DNA from: Dicyema japonicum | Lineage: Eukaryota; Animalia; Dicyemida | DNA: 64,000 bases | NCBI GenBank assembly: GCA_011109175.1 | Contig: RDEW01000019.1 | Location: 714,145 to 778,144 of the forward strand | Reading direction: 5' to 3' | Shown here: in pieces, positions 12,401-24,885 of the stretch | Position numbering within the stretch: the stretch's first letter is position 1 | Layout: every line of letters begins with the position of its first letter | Program-made: the position numbers and the translations under genes | Notes under the pieces: generated by a model | Database searches by the model: none | The model's input: only the letters and a program-made list of their open reading frames with translations | Told to the model about the DNA's origin: nothing

Positions 12401-15400
12401 TTGGCTGATGATGAAGGGTATAATTGATGGACAGTTAATATAAGAGTGATTTTTTTCAAATGTTGATGTTTCGATAAATTGTTCTTCACCAGTTTCTTCT
12501 AAATTCTCATAATTGCCTGATATTTTATGTGCATTAATTTCGTCAGTTTCATTATTTGAAAATCATTTAGTGTAGTCATTTTCAGATCAGAAATAACTTT
12601 ATCTCCAGAGTTATTAGTTTGATTTGAATCACTGATATCGTCATCATAACATTTTTACCTTGTTTTTAGTGCATTATCGTTTGTTGTACTGTATTGTTTA
12701 ATAAATCGCTCATTAGATTCTTGGCTGATGATGAAGGGTATAATTGATGGACAGTTAATATAAGAGTGATTTTTTTCAAATGTTGATGTTTCGATAAATT
12801 GTTCTTCAACAGTTTCTTCTAAATTCTCATAATTGCCTGATATTTTATGTGCGTTATTTTCTTCAGTTTCTTTATTTTGAACTTCATTTAATGTAGTCAT
12901 GTTCATATCAGAAATAACTTTATCTCCAGATTTAATAGTTTCATTTGAATCACTGATATCGTCATCATAAAATTTTTACCTTGTTTTTATTTCATTTTCG
13001 CTTGTTCTACTGTATTGTTGATTAATTTGCTCATTTGATTCTTCGCTGATGTTAGAAGGTAGATTTGATGTAGAGCAAATATCTGAGGAATTTTTGACAA
13101 ATGTTGATGTTTCGATTGATAGTTCTTCAACTGTTTCTTCTACATTCTCAAAACAGACAGATGTTATATGTGCGTTATTTTCTTCAGTTTCTTTATTTTG
13201 AACTTCATTTAATGTAGTCATGTTCATATCAGAAATAACTTTATCTCCAGATTTATTAGTTTCATTTGAATCACTGATATCGTCATCATAAAATTTTTAC
13301 CTTGTTTTTATTTCATTTTCGCTTGTTGTACTGTATTGTTGATTAATTTGCTCATTTGATTCTTCGCTGATGTTGAAGGGTAGATTTGATGTAGAGCTAA
13401 TATCTGAGGAATTTTTGTCAAATGTTGATGTTTTCGATAAATTGTTCTTCACCAGTTTCTTCTAAATTCTCATAATGCCTGATATTTTATGACTGCGTTA
13501 TTTTCTTCAGTTTCTTTATTTTGAACTTCATTTAATGTAGTCATGTTCATATCAGAAATAACTTTATCTCCAGATTTATTAGTTTCATTTGAATCACTGA
13601 TATCGTCATCATAAAATTTTTACCTTGTTTTTATTTCATTTTCGCTTGTTGTACTGTATTGTTGATTAATTTGCTCATTTGATTCTTCGCTGATGTTAGA
13701 AGGTAGATTTGATGTAGAGCAAATATCTGAGGAATTTTTGTCAAATGTTGATGTTTCGATTGATAGTTCTTCAACTGTTTCTTCTACATTCTCATAATTG
13801 CCTGATATTTTATGTGCATTAATTTCGTCAGTTTCATTATTTTGAAAATCATTTAGTGTAGTCATTTTCAGATCAGAAATAACTTTATCTCCAGAGTTAT
13901 TAGTTTGATTTGAATCACTGATATCGTCATCATAAAATTTTTACCTTGTTTTTATTTCATTTTCGCTTGTTGTACTGTATTGTTGATTAATTTGCTCATT
14001 TGATTCTTCGCTGATGATGAAGGGTATAATTGATGGACAGTTAATATAAGAGTGATTTTTTTCAAATGTTGATGTTTCGATAAATTGTTCTTCACCAGTT
14101 TCTTCTAAATTCTCATAATTGCCTGATATTTTATGTGCATTAATTTCGTCAGTTTCATTATTTTTGAAAATCATTTAGTGTAGTCATTTTCAGATCAGAA
14201 ATAACTTTATTATAGTAAGTATTAGTATTGATTTGAATCACTGATATCGTCATCATAACATTTTTACCTTGTTTTTAGTGCATTATCGTTTGTTGTACTG
14301 TATTGTTTAATAAATCGCTCATTAGATTCTTGGCTGATGATGAAGGGTATAATTGATGGACAGTTAATATAGAGTGATTTTTTTCAAATGTTGATGTTTC
14401 GATAAATTGTTCTTCACCAGTTTCTTTCTAAATTCTCATAATTGCCTGATATTTTATGTGCATTAATTTCGTCAGTTTCATTATTTTTGAAAATCATTTA
14501 GTTGTAGTCATTTTCAGATCAGAAATAACTTTATCTCCAGAGTTATTAGTTTGATTTGAATCACTGATATCGTCATCATAACATTTTTACCTTGTTTTTA
14601 GTGCATTATCGTTTGTTGTACTGTATTGTTTAATAAATCGCTCATTAGATTCTTGGCTGATGATGAAGGGTATAATTGATGGACAGTTAATATAAGAGTG
14701 ATTTTTTTCAAATGTTGATGTTTCGATAAATTGTTCTTCACCAGTTTCTTCTAAATTCTCATAATTGCCTGATATTTTATGTGCATTAATTTCGTCAGTT
14801 TCATTATTTTGAAAATCATTTAGTGTAGTCATTTTCAGATCAGAAATAACTTTATCTCCAGAGTTATTAAATTCATTTGAATCACTGATATCGTCATCAT
14901 AACATTTTTACCTTGTTTTTAGTGCATTATCGTTTGTTGTACTGTATTGTTTAATAAATCGCTCATTAGATTCTTGGCTGATGATGAAGGGTATAATTGA
15001 TGGACAGTTAATATAAGAGTGATTTTTTTCAAATGTTGATGTTTCGATAAATTGTTCTTCACCAGTTTCTTCTAAATTCTCATAATTGCCTGATATTTTA
15101 TGTGCATTAATTTCGTCAGTTTCATTATTTTGAAAATCATTTAGTGTAGTCATTTTCAGATCAGAAAATAACTTTATCTCCAGAGTTATTAAATTCATTT
15201 GAATCACTGATATCGTCATCATAACATTTTTACCTTGTTTTTTAGTGCATTATCGTTTGTTGTACTGTATTGTTTAATAAATCGCTCATTAGATTCTTGG
15301 CTGATGATGAAGGGTATAATTGATGGACAGTTAATATAAGAGTGATTTTTTTCAAATGTTGATGTTTCGATAAATTGTTCTTCACCAGTTTCTTCTAAAT

Positions 15401-17438
15401 TTTCATAATAACCTGATATTTTATGTGCATTAATTTCGTCAGTTTCATTATTTTGAAAATCATTTAATGTAGTCATTTTCAGATCAGAAATAACTTTATC
15501 TCCAGAGTTATTAAATTCATTTGAATCACTGATATCGTCATCATAACATTTTTACTTGTTTTTAGTGCATTATCGTTGTGTTGTACTGTATTGTTTAATA
15601 AATCGCTCATTAGATTCTTGGCTGATGATGAAGGGTATAATTGATGGACAGTTAATATAAGAGTGATTTTTTTCAAATGTTGATGTTTCGATAAATTGTT
15701 CTTCACCAGTTTTCTTCTAAATTCTCATAATTGCCTGATATTTTTATGTGCATTAATTTCGTCAGTTTCATTATTTTGAAAATCATTTATGTAGTCATTT
15801 TCAGATCAGAAATAACTTTATCTCCAGAGTTATTAGTTTCATTTGAATCACTGATATCGTCATCATAACATTTTACCTTGTTTTTAGTGCATTATCGTTT
15901 GTTGTACTGTATTGTTTAATAAATCGCTCATTAGATTCTTGGCTGATGATGAAGGGTATAATTGATGGACAGTTAATATAAGAGTGATTTTTTTCAAATG
16001 TTGATGTTTCGATAAATTGTTCTTCACCAGTTTCTTCTAAATTCTCATAATTGCCTGATATTTTATGTGCATTAATTCGTCAGTTTCATTATTTTGAAAA
16101 TCATTTAGTGTAGTCATTTTCAGATCAGAAATAACTTTATCTCCAGAGTTATTAGTTTTTATTCGAATCACTCAAATATTCATATGATTGGACGGAATCC
16201 GAGGAATTTCCTGGAGCCATACTTTCGTTTGAGAAATAACTCTTTGAATTTTCAAATACATTTCCTGTACTTATTGTATTTTTCAAATATTCATTTGATT
16301 GTTCGAAATCTGAATAATTTTCTGGAAGCGAACTTATGCTTGATAATTGACTCTTCGAATTTTCAAATACATTTCCTTTACTCATAGCACCTTTCAAATA
16401 TTCACATGATTGGACTGAATCCGAGGAATTTCCTGAGGCAAACTTTCGTTTGAAAAAGAACTCTTTGATTTTTCAATTACATTTCCTGTACTCATTGGAC
16501 CTTTCAAATATTCATTTGATTGGGAAGAATTTCCTGGAGGCGAACTTATGCTTGATAAATGACTTTTTGAATTTTCAAATAAATTTCCTGTACTCATAGG
16601 ACCTTTCAAATATTCATATGATTGGACGGAATCCGAAGAATTTCCTGGAGGTAAACTTTCGTTTGAGAAATAACTCATTGAATTTTCAAATACATTTCCT
16701 GTACTCATAGGACCTTTCAAATATTCATATGATTGGACGGAATCCGAGGAATTTCCTGGAGGCAAACTTTCGTTTGAGAAATAACTCTTTGAATTTTCAG
16801 ATCATTTCCTGTATTCATTGGACCTTTCAAATATTCATTTGATTGGGCGAAATCTGAAGAATTTTCTGGAGGCGAACTTATGCTTGATAAATGACTCTTT
16901 GAATTTCCACATACATTTCCTGTAATCATAGCACCTTTCAAATATTCACATGATTGGACGGAATCCGAGGAATTTCCTGGAGGCAAACTTTCGTTTGAGA
17001 AAGAATTCTTTGAATTTTCAAATACATTTCCTGTATTCATTGGACCTTTCAAATATTCATTTGATTGGAAGAATTTCCTGGAGGCGAACTTATGCTTGAT
17101 AAATGACTTTTTGAATTTTCAAATACATTTCCTGTACTCATTGGACCTTTCAAATATTCATATGATTGAACGGAATCTGAAGAATTTCCTGGAGGCGAGC
17201 TTACGTTTGATAAATGACTCATTAAATATTGCTTCAGTTATTGAAACTATATTTTAAATTTTCTACAATTTATATTTGTAAAATTATTTTGTAATATTAT
17301 CTTTCAGTAATTTACTTAACGGGCTTTTGGTCTAGAAATAATAAAGTTATATTGTCATACTCCGAGATTGGAATTTGAATATCCATACTCCGAGGGAACT
17401 CGTTCGCAATCCACGCAGCAGGCTTCCTCAACTGACAT
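9422..17438 (-). CDS. Giant repeat-expanded acidic Ser/Asn/Glu-rich protein (family member A), interrupted by 1-nt indels
   Basis: Candidate ATG at 17438, intron 17332-17360, about 10 x 37-aa repeats, about 20 x 321-bp repeats, and a unique C-terminal part ending IDIEIHN*. Repeat lengths are multiples of 3 and open on this strand. Shares SNLG|intron and PGNSSDSVQSYE motifs with members B, C and D. Confidence 0.55.
9690..16155 (-). repeat. 321-bp coding tandem repeat, about 20 units, two sub-types plus chimeras
   Basis: ORF starts recur at about 321-bp spacing (10016, 10337, 10657 ...). Type A is MTTLNDFQNNETDEINAH; type B is MNMTTLNEVQNKETEENNAH (about 12850-13950). Confidence 0.97.
16156..17220 (-). 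repeat. 111-bp (37-aa) coding tandem repeat, about 10 units, some 102 bp
   Basis: Unit PPGNSSDSVQSYEYLKGPMSTGNVFENSxSxFSNESL. GGACCTTTCAAATATTCATATG recurs 111 bp apart (near 16599 and 16710). Two interspersed variants (FSNES / LSSIS). Confidence 0.93.
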
Positions 17439-17699
17439 TTTTTTAATTGTTAAAAAAAGAGTTATATCTATTCGATTAGTCATCGAGGTGTTCTAGTCCA
17501 TCCTTTGTTATCTTTGAAAAATATGTTTTTCATGACTTGATGTTTCTACATTTTCTTTAATAGATTAAATTTTAATTCTTTGTTTGTTTTACCTCATATA
17601 TTATCTTACTTATTGACATTTTATAACCACCTTCATAATTATAGCGTTTCCTGACAATTAACGTCACTTTCACGACCAATAAGGTCACTATATTTTTAA

Positions 17700-18200
17700 T
17701 GGTAAAAAACTTAAAAACAAAAAATAATTAACAAACAAAAATTAAGAAATTATTCCATGATAAAATTAAGAAGCATTTTCCTATAGTTTTTCATGTGCTG
17801 AATGCATTCTCAATCGGATTGGAAAATTGTGGGTAAAGCAGTAAATTTGGAACATGGTGGTTTTATTTCAATTAAATCGTTTATACCTGTATAATACGGG
17901 CATTATCAAAAATAAAGAGCCGGATTTCAATTTCCTCTTTATATCAATTTTTATGGATTCCAGAAAAATTAGTCATTGATGCAATGACTTATGACCTCTA
18001 AAGGAATGTGGTTTTGAGGTAGAAGATCCTTCTCCACGTCTTGGTTTTGAGCATACTGCAAATCCAACGTAAATTATTATGTTCTTTTGTCCAATAAATT
18101 TATTTACCTTTATCTCAATGTTAATGATTAGAAAGCGACGCTATTAGCCAGAAAAATTACGTTAAATAAATACCTATCAAATTTAAAATTTCGGGAAACC
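17700..18200 (-). mobile_element. Tc1/IS630-like DDE transposase remnant
   Basis: Minus strand LFIFDNAR ... SNPIENAFS; duplicated at the window start. Confidence 0.6.
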
Positions 18201-19002
18201 CTATAAATAATTAAAAAAATTAAAATAGTATATTTTTTCTTTCCGTTTAATGTGGCAAAGATATTTGTATAATATACCATTGCCTCACTTTTTTTTGCCA
18301 ATATTATCGGGAGTTGGTTAATATATTATTTGCATCAAAAAAAACGGTGAAGTCTAAAGAAAAGAAATACGATAGGTTTACTTTACCTGTTCGAATTTTG
18401 TTATTGTATTCGAGAGAATTGGAGATACAGAGAGTATATCTTAATAATTTTTAAAGAGATTATATGGTCAAAGGAGAGTTCAGGAACATCAACCTGATTT
18501 CGAAAGCATTTCGGTAAGAAGATCCGATATATAGTTAAAACTGTCTCTTTTCTAGGCTCGCTTGGTTCCATGATAAAAAAGCAAGTAACTAACGTCAAGA
18601 AACTGACTGGGTGTCCCAAAGGATTTCTCTGGCAGTTGTCACTGGAAACATCCACTCAATTACTAGATTACTTTGATTGTTTTTTTACGTTTAACCTAAC
18701 CCTACTTTTTTCATAATTCTAAGCTTAATACTGATCCTTAGTTTTTAGGTTGTTTTTCGGAATATAAAAATTATTCTGAATTTTCGAATTTTACAAAAAA
18801 TATATGCTCTTTATTCGTTATTGAATGATTTTATGTAAAAATAGAATAAGGAAAATCAATATCTTAGCAATTTTATTTTTGCCAAACAATAATATTTCTT
18901 GGTAATTAAATAGGCAGGAAATAAATTTCTTGCCTGGTCGTGGTTCCTTTTTTTTTCACCCCAAGATCACCGGATTAGAAAAAGTTAAAAATTAACTACT
19001 AA

Positions 19003-19480
19003 CTAAGTGATTCCGGTTTTCCGGGTTCTGGCTCTCGTTCGGGGTCCTCGAAGATCCAACAGAATTGGTAGAAACGGGGACGGTCTCATTCTCCATAGAT
19101 TTCCCGCATTTTCTAGATAGTCAGATATAGAGAGTGAAAGCGGACAGCCGGTTTTTATTGCCCACTGAAGAAATGACTTCACTCTCCACCTTAGGTGTTC
19201 TTTAACATTCAATACGTTATCCACAGTTTTCTTATTTATTATTTTCAAGGCAGCAAGTTGTGCGGCTTTTAATTTTTGAGACGACGATTCAGAAATCATC
19301 GAGCTCCAGGAGGGACATGCATATTCGATTACTGGCAGTATGTATTGTCTGTAAATTTTCTGTAGTAAGAAGGTGTTGTGCCCGATTGGTGATCGGACAA
19401 AATTTTCAATATGTTGGTCCTCCTCCTGACTTTGGTAATAACGTCATTGACGTGTTTTTTGTTATCATTAGGAAGGAAAT
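19003..19480 (-). mobile_element. LINE (Jockey/I-like) RT C-terminal remnant
   Basis: LLQKIYRQYILPVIEYACPSWS...QKLKAAQLAALKII, homologous to VYKQYIEPCFSYACASWG in the 42.8-43.9 kb element. Confidence 0.55.
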
Positions 19481-20089
19481 TTACCGGTAGGCCACCCATT
19501 GCAATGCAGGTAGTTTATCAGCATTAATTAATTAATCCCGGGTATACCGAGAAAGGAGTTAAAGTAAAAAACTAGTTAACTGGATCCAGTTTCCACTTCT
19601 ATAGAAACAAAGTTCATCCAGAATCAGCATAAAGGGGAAAAGACGTCCATTACTTGCAGTTGTGAAAACCCCTCCAGTAAAGTGAAGGAAAGCAAATAAT
19701 CCTTTTTTGGGCCAGTTTGACACTGGGCGCCACCTAGACAGGTAGATCACATGACGCCACTCTAATAGGTAGGAAAAGAGGAGGAACAGACAAAACAAAC
19801 AGAAAACTTCAACCATTTAGCCATGTAGCACCACAAGCCGCCACGCGGTTAATAATAATAGTTGTTTGCTTTTTTTCAAGTTGCTTCAAAATTAATTTTT
19901 CAAAAACGCATTCTCTTATGTTTATAATATAGATAAGCTATGACATAATTTAACATTTTTCTATTTAACCTCAAGTTGTTTCATTTGCAGAAATCGTCCA
20001 AGGAACAGAGTGATGAAGAGCAAATGATCCATTTTGATACAACACTGTTACTTGGTGCCTGATGAGCCAGGTGGACGCTAAGATAATTT

Positions 20090-20340
20090 ATTTTTATTTA
20101 TTTAACAACCAAGACAACGGTAAAACCAAACTAACTATCACGTGATCCCGATGCGTTCCACCAAAATCCTCATCCTTTCCCGGTGCTCCTCTCTCGTGCC
20201 CACACAAGCTCGTACTGGGCGGCTGACTGCATTTGCAAGGCCACCTTCCGCATCCCAGCGTTAGTTTTATAAGGCCTCCAGAGTAGTCGGTCCGGTTCTG
20301 TGTCTCCCACAAGTCCACCGCTCCGTGACTCTGAACGCCT
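20090..20340 (-). mobile_element. 3' end of Jockey/I-like LINE (family of 24886-25493 and 42790-43900)
   Basis: Shared GCATCGGGATCACGTGATA...GGTTGTTAAATAAAT 3' end with a (TAAA)n tail. Confidence 0.7.
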
Positions 20341-20495
20341 TACAAACTTAACGAACTAAGAGAACGTTAAAAATTAATTTTTCATAATAAGCCACAGAAT
20401 TATTTTAATAAACTTTAATTTTTAAATTATTTTTGTCAAATTTTTAAAAATTAAAATATTTTTAATAATTGATTACAATTCAAATTTTTAATTTT

Positions 20496-20738
20496 ATGGG
20501 CTCTGTGAGTGATGAAAAATATCACGCGGCTTTACGTAGGGATTGGGTTGGGAGAGAACAGTTGAGCGTCATTGTGAGCTCAATATCGAGATTAGTTGAC
20601 ATCATGAATAAATTTGGTATAATTTAAACCCTTAAAAATATAGAGGCTTCCTCAATGTGCAGAATATCAGCACTTAAAGAAAAACTCTGCCAAATCGAAG
20701 CTAAACTTAGTTACATTGAAAATATTTTTTATAATTAA
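20496..20738 (+). CDS. BRK1: BRICK1/HSPC300 subunit of the WAVE/SCAR complex, copy 1 (71 aa)
   Basis: Exons 20496-20616 and 20644-20738 (27-nt phase-1 intron) give MGSVSDEKYHAALRRDWVGREQLSVIVSSISRLVDIMNKFEASSMCRISALKEKLCQIEAKLSYIENIFYN. This matches BRK1 DWANREY..I.SSI....F...CR.R...LNEKL...E....YIE. Confidence 0.9.
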
Positions 20739-20745
20739 ATGTTAG

Positions 20746-22470
20746 TTAAACAGGTTTTACTCCGTATTCTAGTAGAATAGTGTTTATAAAAGAGTAGTAA
20801 AGTAACCCAATCGCTAGTAGCCTAAAATAAAAAGTTGAATTACCACAAGAAAACTGTTTTCACGTAATTCGACTTTTTGCTTCCCTTTTTAGAAACTTTT
20901 TTCAAGTTTTGGTCAAACAAATCATTTTCGGTCAAAATCTTTCGAGTCAAAGATTTTTTCTCGTTCAACAGATTAGTCTGTAGTTTATTTCTCCATTCAA
21001 GTTCGAAGATATTTTAGCGGTTTTAAGCTTGTATTCTGTTTTTTCTGGTATTTCATCATCCGAAATGATATCTTGGCAATAATTGTTTAAATTCCGATTT
21101 TCATTTCCCGTCCAATCGAAAATAATTTCTTGTAAATCATCATTCTGCTTAGTATTATAAGCGGATTTGTTAGAGTAATTAGCAGGTAATCCATTTGCCA
21201 TTGGATTTGTGTCAATTTTGACGTCACTTAGCATTTCTTTGCTTATAAAGTCATTTTCATTGCCCAGAATTCCATTTTTGGATTCTGAATATTTTTCTTT
21301 AGTGTTTTCCTCATCTTGAATATTAATTAAGTTGGTTTCCAAGGGAATGTCCTTTAATTGGTCATTATTTCCGGAATAATAGGAGGGGACCGAATCAATA
21401 CCATAATTATCAGTGGGTTCAGAGGAACTATTGAAGGCATCTACTTTTTCTGAGTAATTTTCTTCGTCGGTGCTATATTTTTCTGACCCTTGGAAATCTT
21501 TGAATGATTCCCAAATAGGTAAACTATCCGTCGAGTCCTGAATCAAAAAATCCTTAGTGTCTGGAAGTGTTCTTTCCAAAGCTGAGTCAGGAGTTATAGA
21601 GTTTTTGTGAAATTCTTGGGCTCTCTTATCAAATATAGACAGTTCAGAAACATTCACTCCTGATTCTTGGATGGATTCGCATAAATATTCAAAATATTCA
21701 ACGGAATTAGAAGAATATTTAACAGATCCACCTCTTTTAGGGTTTGGAGACGAGTTCTTGTTGCAAAATAGCGTATCGTCGTCGGAAAACAAATCCATTG
21801 ACGCATATTTCATGTCTGTTTTCAACGAAGCTGAGTTAAATCCAAATTTCTTGGGTTTGTATGAGGAATATATATCGTCAGGTTCTATCTGATCCAATTC
21901 ATCGAAATCTATTTTTCCTTTCATGTCTTTTATTTTCTCATTTTTCTCGGCAAACGGCTTTAAATCAGTTTTTTGATCGTTCTGAATCGATTTGTCAAAA
22001 ATGTTCAAATCCAAATTAACTTTCCATGTTTTCTAGGTCATCAAGTTTCTAAATAAACCCCGAGATTGGAAAGAAATATTATATTGTTCCATGAAGTGCT
22101 CAGTCCTTCTATAAGTCGCAATATTGACTCCCAAGTGTCGCTGTCCTCTGGTAAATTAATCTTTTTGGCTTGAAAATAGAGTTGGTTAAGTTTATTAGGA
22201 TAATCCGCTGTAAGCAATTTAATATCCTGAGATTAAGTATTTCTGAATACTGTGAGTGAAAGCGACTGCCTTTTCTCAGCCAGAACCTCCATTTTTGCTA
22301 GTCTTTTTCGAAGCTGTTCGTATGCAATCAGAAATTGGTTCAACGATCGTCTGCACGAGGCGTCTGATATTTCTTTGAACTATGGAATTTGAAATAAAAA
22401 AATAGCTGTTACAGAGCTTATTAGATCGCTTAGTTGATTGTGCTTGACTTGAATGCTGCATTGGACTTTA
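20746..22470 (-). CDS. Spectrin-repeat-like + acidic spacer + C-terminal TM with KASH-like tail (nesprin-like; family member B)
   Basis: Introns 22380-22412, 22227-22250, 22033-22058 and 20822-20843. N-part QFLIAYEQLRKRLAKME...NKLNQLYFQAKKI...ILRLIEGLSTSWNNI; 349-aa acidic ORF; one 1-nt frameshift near 20990; ends KKGSKKSNYVKTVFLW|LLAIGLLYYSFINTILLEYGVKPV*. The start codon is unresolved. Confidence 0.6.
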
Positions 22471-23757
22471 AATTAACTACATTTAACCTCATAATTATTT
22501 ATACAAGTTTGTCCGATTTTTTAAGTATTTTATTTTTATTTATTTAAAAATTAAAATTATAAAAATAATAATAAAATAAAGTTACTTTTTTGTTTTTGTT
22601 GCAAATAGTTCGCATTTTTTCAAATTTAGGTGAGTTTTCTTTTATAAAAGTTCGAGGACGATGATTAATGATTTAATTACGGATACTATTATATCCAATT
22701 TGGTTTCGATTTAAATTCTCGTAGGCTAATCAATACAATATGTGGTTCTATCATTCTTCCAGAAATATAATTATATCTTATCACTTTTTAGGTTTTAAAT
22801 CCGATATGTGAAGATTTTTCTTGTCAAATCACCACCAACAATAAGTTTTGACCAGACGCAGGAGAATTAAACTTCACAGTGCGCCATAAGTTTGTCCTGC
22901 ACTGTTAGCCTGCTAACTCTAATTTGTTGTCAAAATTAAGTTTATACAAATACTTCCAGTTAGCGTAGAAGTTAATAGGTCATGTCGGTGAGTCTGTGAT
23001 GTAGCTTTGCTGCACCATGGGACAGATCTCGTACACAGAATGTTTTATTCTTCTCGAAATGTGTGTAACCTCGTGTTTCCCCTTCTTGGATTCAGAAGAC
23101 GAGAACTTCCAAATACAAGCAAATATCGGATGCACCAAAATTCAAGTTTAGATCTTGTCTGAGACAAACTGGAGTAGTTCGGATTCGTCTTGAAAAAAAG
23201 AGGAACTATTAGTCAGTTATTGACGTACATCATCGGGTCCGGATAATCTATCGCGTCCGGGTGAATAATTAATATAGTCATCCAAAATTACTGTGAGGTA
23301 GAAAGTTTAATGAAAAAACAATATTGGAAAATTTTAATTATGTGAAAGTCCTTGACGTTGCAAGGGACAACGATGTTAGATCTTAACATTGGTTTCCGCG
23401 TTACCCATAAGCAGATGAATACTTAGGGTTTCGCATGTGTTGTGATATTCACTATCCGTTCTACATGTTTTCTTCATACAACTCTCCTCCTCAATGGCTT
23501 CCGAAGTTCATCGAGTTGTCCACTGTTCTCAATTTCCCACCAATATGGGCATAATCTTGGCCCAGACGGATAGGAAACGTAGTTAGTTCTTTGCCGTCCA
23601 CGAAAACCCAAAGTTACATTTTGATTGAAAAATATTCCATAATGAGTTACACAACACCAATACGGAGAATATGCCCAAAAAGGCGTCCGCAAGATTTTAT
23701 CACTTCATCGCTTATCGGTCACATTTGCATAGTTAGTAAAGAGTCCTAGCCAGTAGA

Positions 23758-24030
23758 TTATTATTAGAACTTTCACGAGAGCCATTATATTTATAGCCCC
23801 CATGTGCAGCAAAAAATATAAAAGAAAGAGTTAGCTTGCTCCAAGCTCTTCTGTACCTCAGTGTATCCAGATCGTCACCAGATGCCAATGTTTTCCTCAC
23901 GGCTTTCAGATCGTTTGTAAAACGACCAGGAGATTCGTTCTCGGTCTTTTACGAAAGCGTTTTACATTGAGGAGTAGTAATCTTCCATTCCGATATTCGG
24001 GGGGGGGGGATATCGGGTTCAACCTCAGGA
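23758..24030 (-). mobile_element. 3' end of RTE-like LINE (copy of 945-1220)
   Basis: Close sequence match to 945-1220. Confidence 0.65.
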
Positions 24031-24269
24031 CGTGTCCAAAAAGTTTCAAACGAAAGCTAATGATCTCGAGACTTAATGGTGTACAGTCCTTTCCGCGAGA
24101 TCTTGGATGGCCAGGACATTCCAGTTATGTTTCTTAGATGATTCCTGTGAAACGAGTCTAGCCTCTCCAATTCTTCTTTTGAGGTGCCCCAGGTCCAGAG
24201 TTGTATAGGAAAATTGGTTTGATAAAGGTGTCGTATAACATTATCCTTTGTTTTATGTTATAGATGACT

Positions 24270-24810
24270 ACTATTATTATTATAGGCACGTACGCGATGC
24301 CAAGATCATGACAAAGCATATGCAACACGAACAGTTAACAATCTAATTAACATCGCCCATCTTTTTCGATCCGTTGCCATGTTCCGTAGCATATCTAGAT
24401 CATCGTCATCTTTAAGGCACTTTACAATCCTCCTGAGATCTTCATCTAGGATTACCGGCAGCGGAAACGCGAAGCCTCTAAGACAAAATACTTCTCCATT
24501 GCTATGTTGGCAGAGGTCCCATATCGTGGCAGAGTATGTTTTCAAACAGCCTTCATCTTGAATCAGTAATATCACATGATATTGGCTCAGTTCTTGTTCT
24601 CTTTTATAAGATTTCGGACGGCATTTTGGGAAGAAAGGAGTGATCGGAGATGATTTCTGCGAAAAGAATTCAACTTTTCGAGTTCCTGTCCTGTACATGC
24701 CCATGTACCGGCATTATATAATAGGATTGGCATCACTAGGGCATTGTATAGTCTCATTCGAGCTTTATGCCTACTATTTTTATTAAATTTATTCATAAAG
24801 GTGAACAAAA
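24270..24810 (-). mobile_element. RTE-like LINE RT C-terminal fragment with (TAA)n tail
   Basis: MRLYNALVMPILLYNAGTW...EKLNSFRRNHLR and LPVILDEDL...LRNMATDRKRW; tail TAATAATAATAG. Confidence 0.75.
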
Positions 24811-24885
24811 TTAAGTATTTTATTTTGCAAATTTAAAAATTGTAATTTTAAAATTTAATTAAAATTTTATTTATTTACTTCAAAA

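Noticed and set aside
9690-16155. TAA reassigned to an amino acid (alternative genetic code) to explain the in-frame stops
   Set aside because: RPS5 ends at TAA exactly at its conserved C-terminus, as do BRK1 and 14-3-3; a 27-nt GT-AG intron explains the stops.
9690-17220. CRISPR-like array
   Set aside because: Units are contiguous near-identical tandem copies with no unique spacers; eukaryotic context and no cas genes.
20724-20772. Extra BRK1 exon via an AT-AG intron
   Set aside because: Neither copy has a GT donor; conservation of this stretch is explained by the antisense terminal exon of the KASH-like gene.
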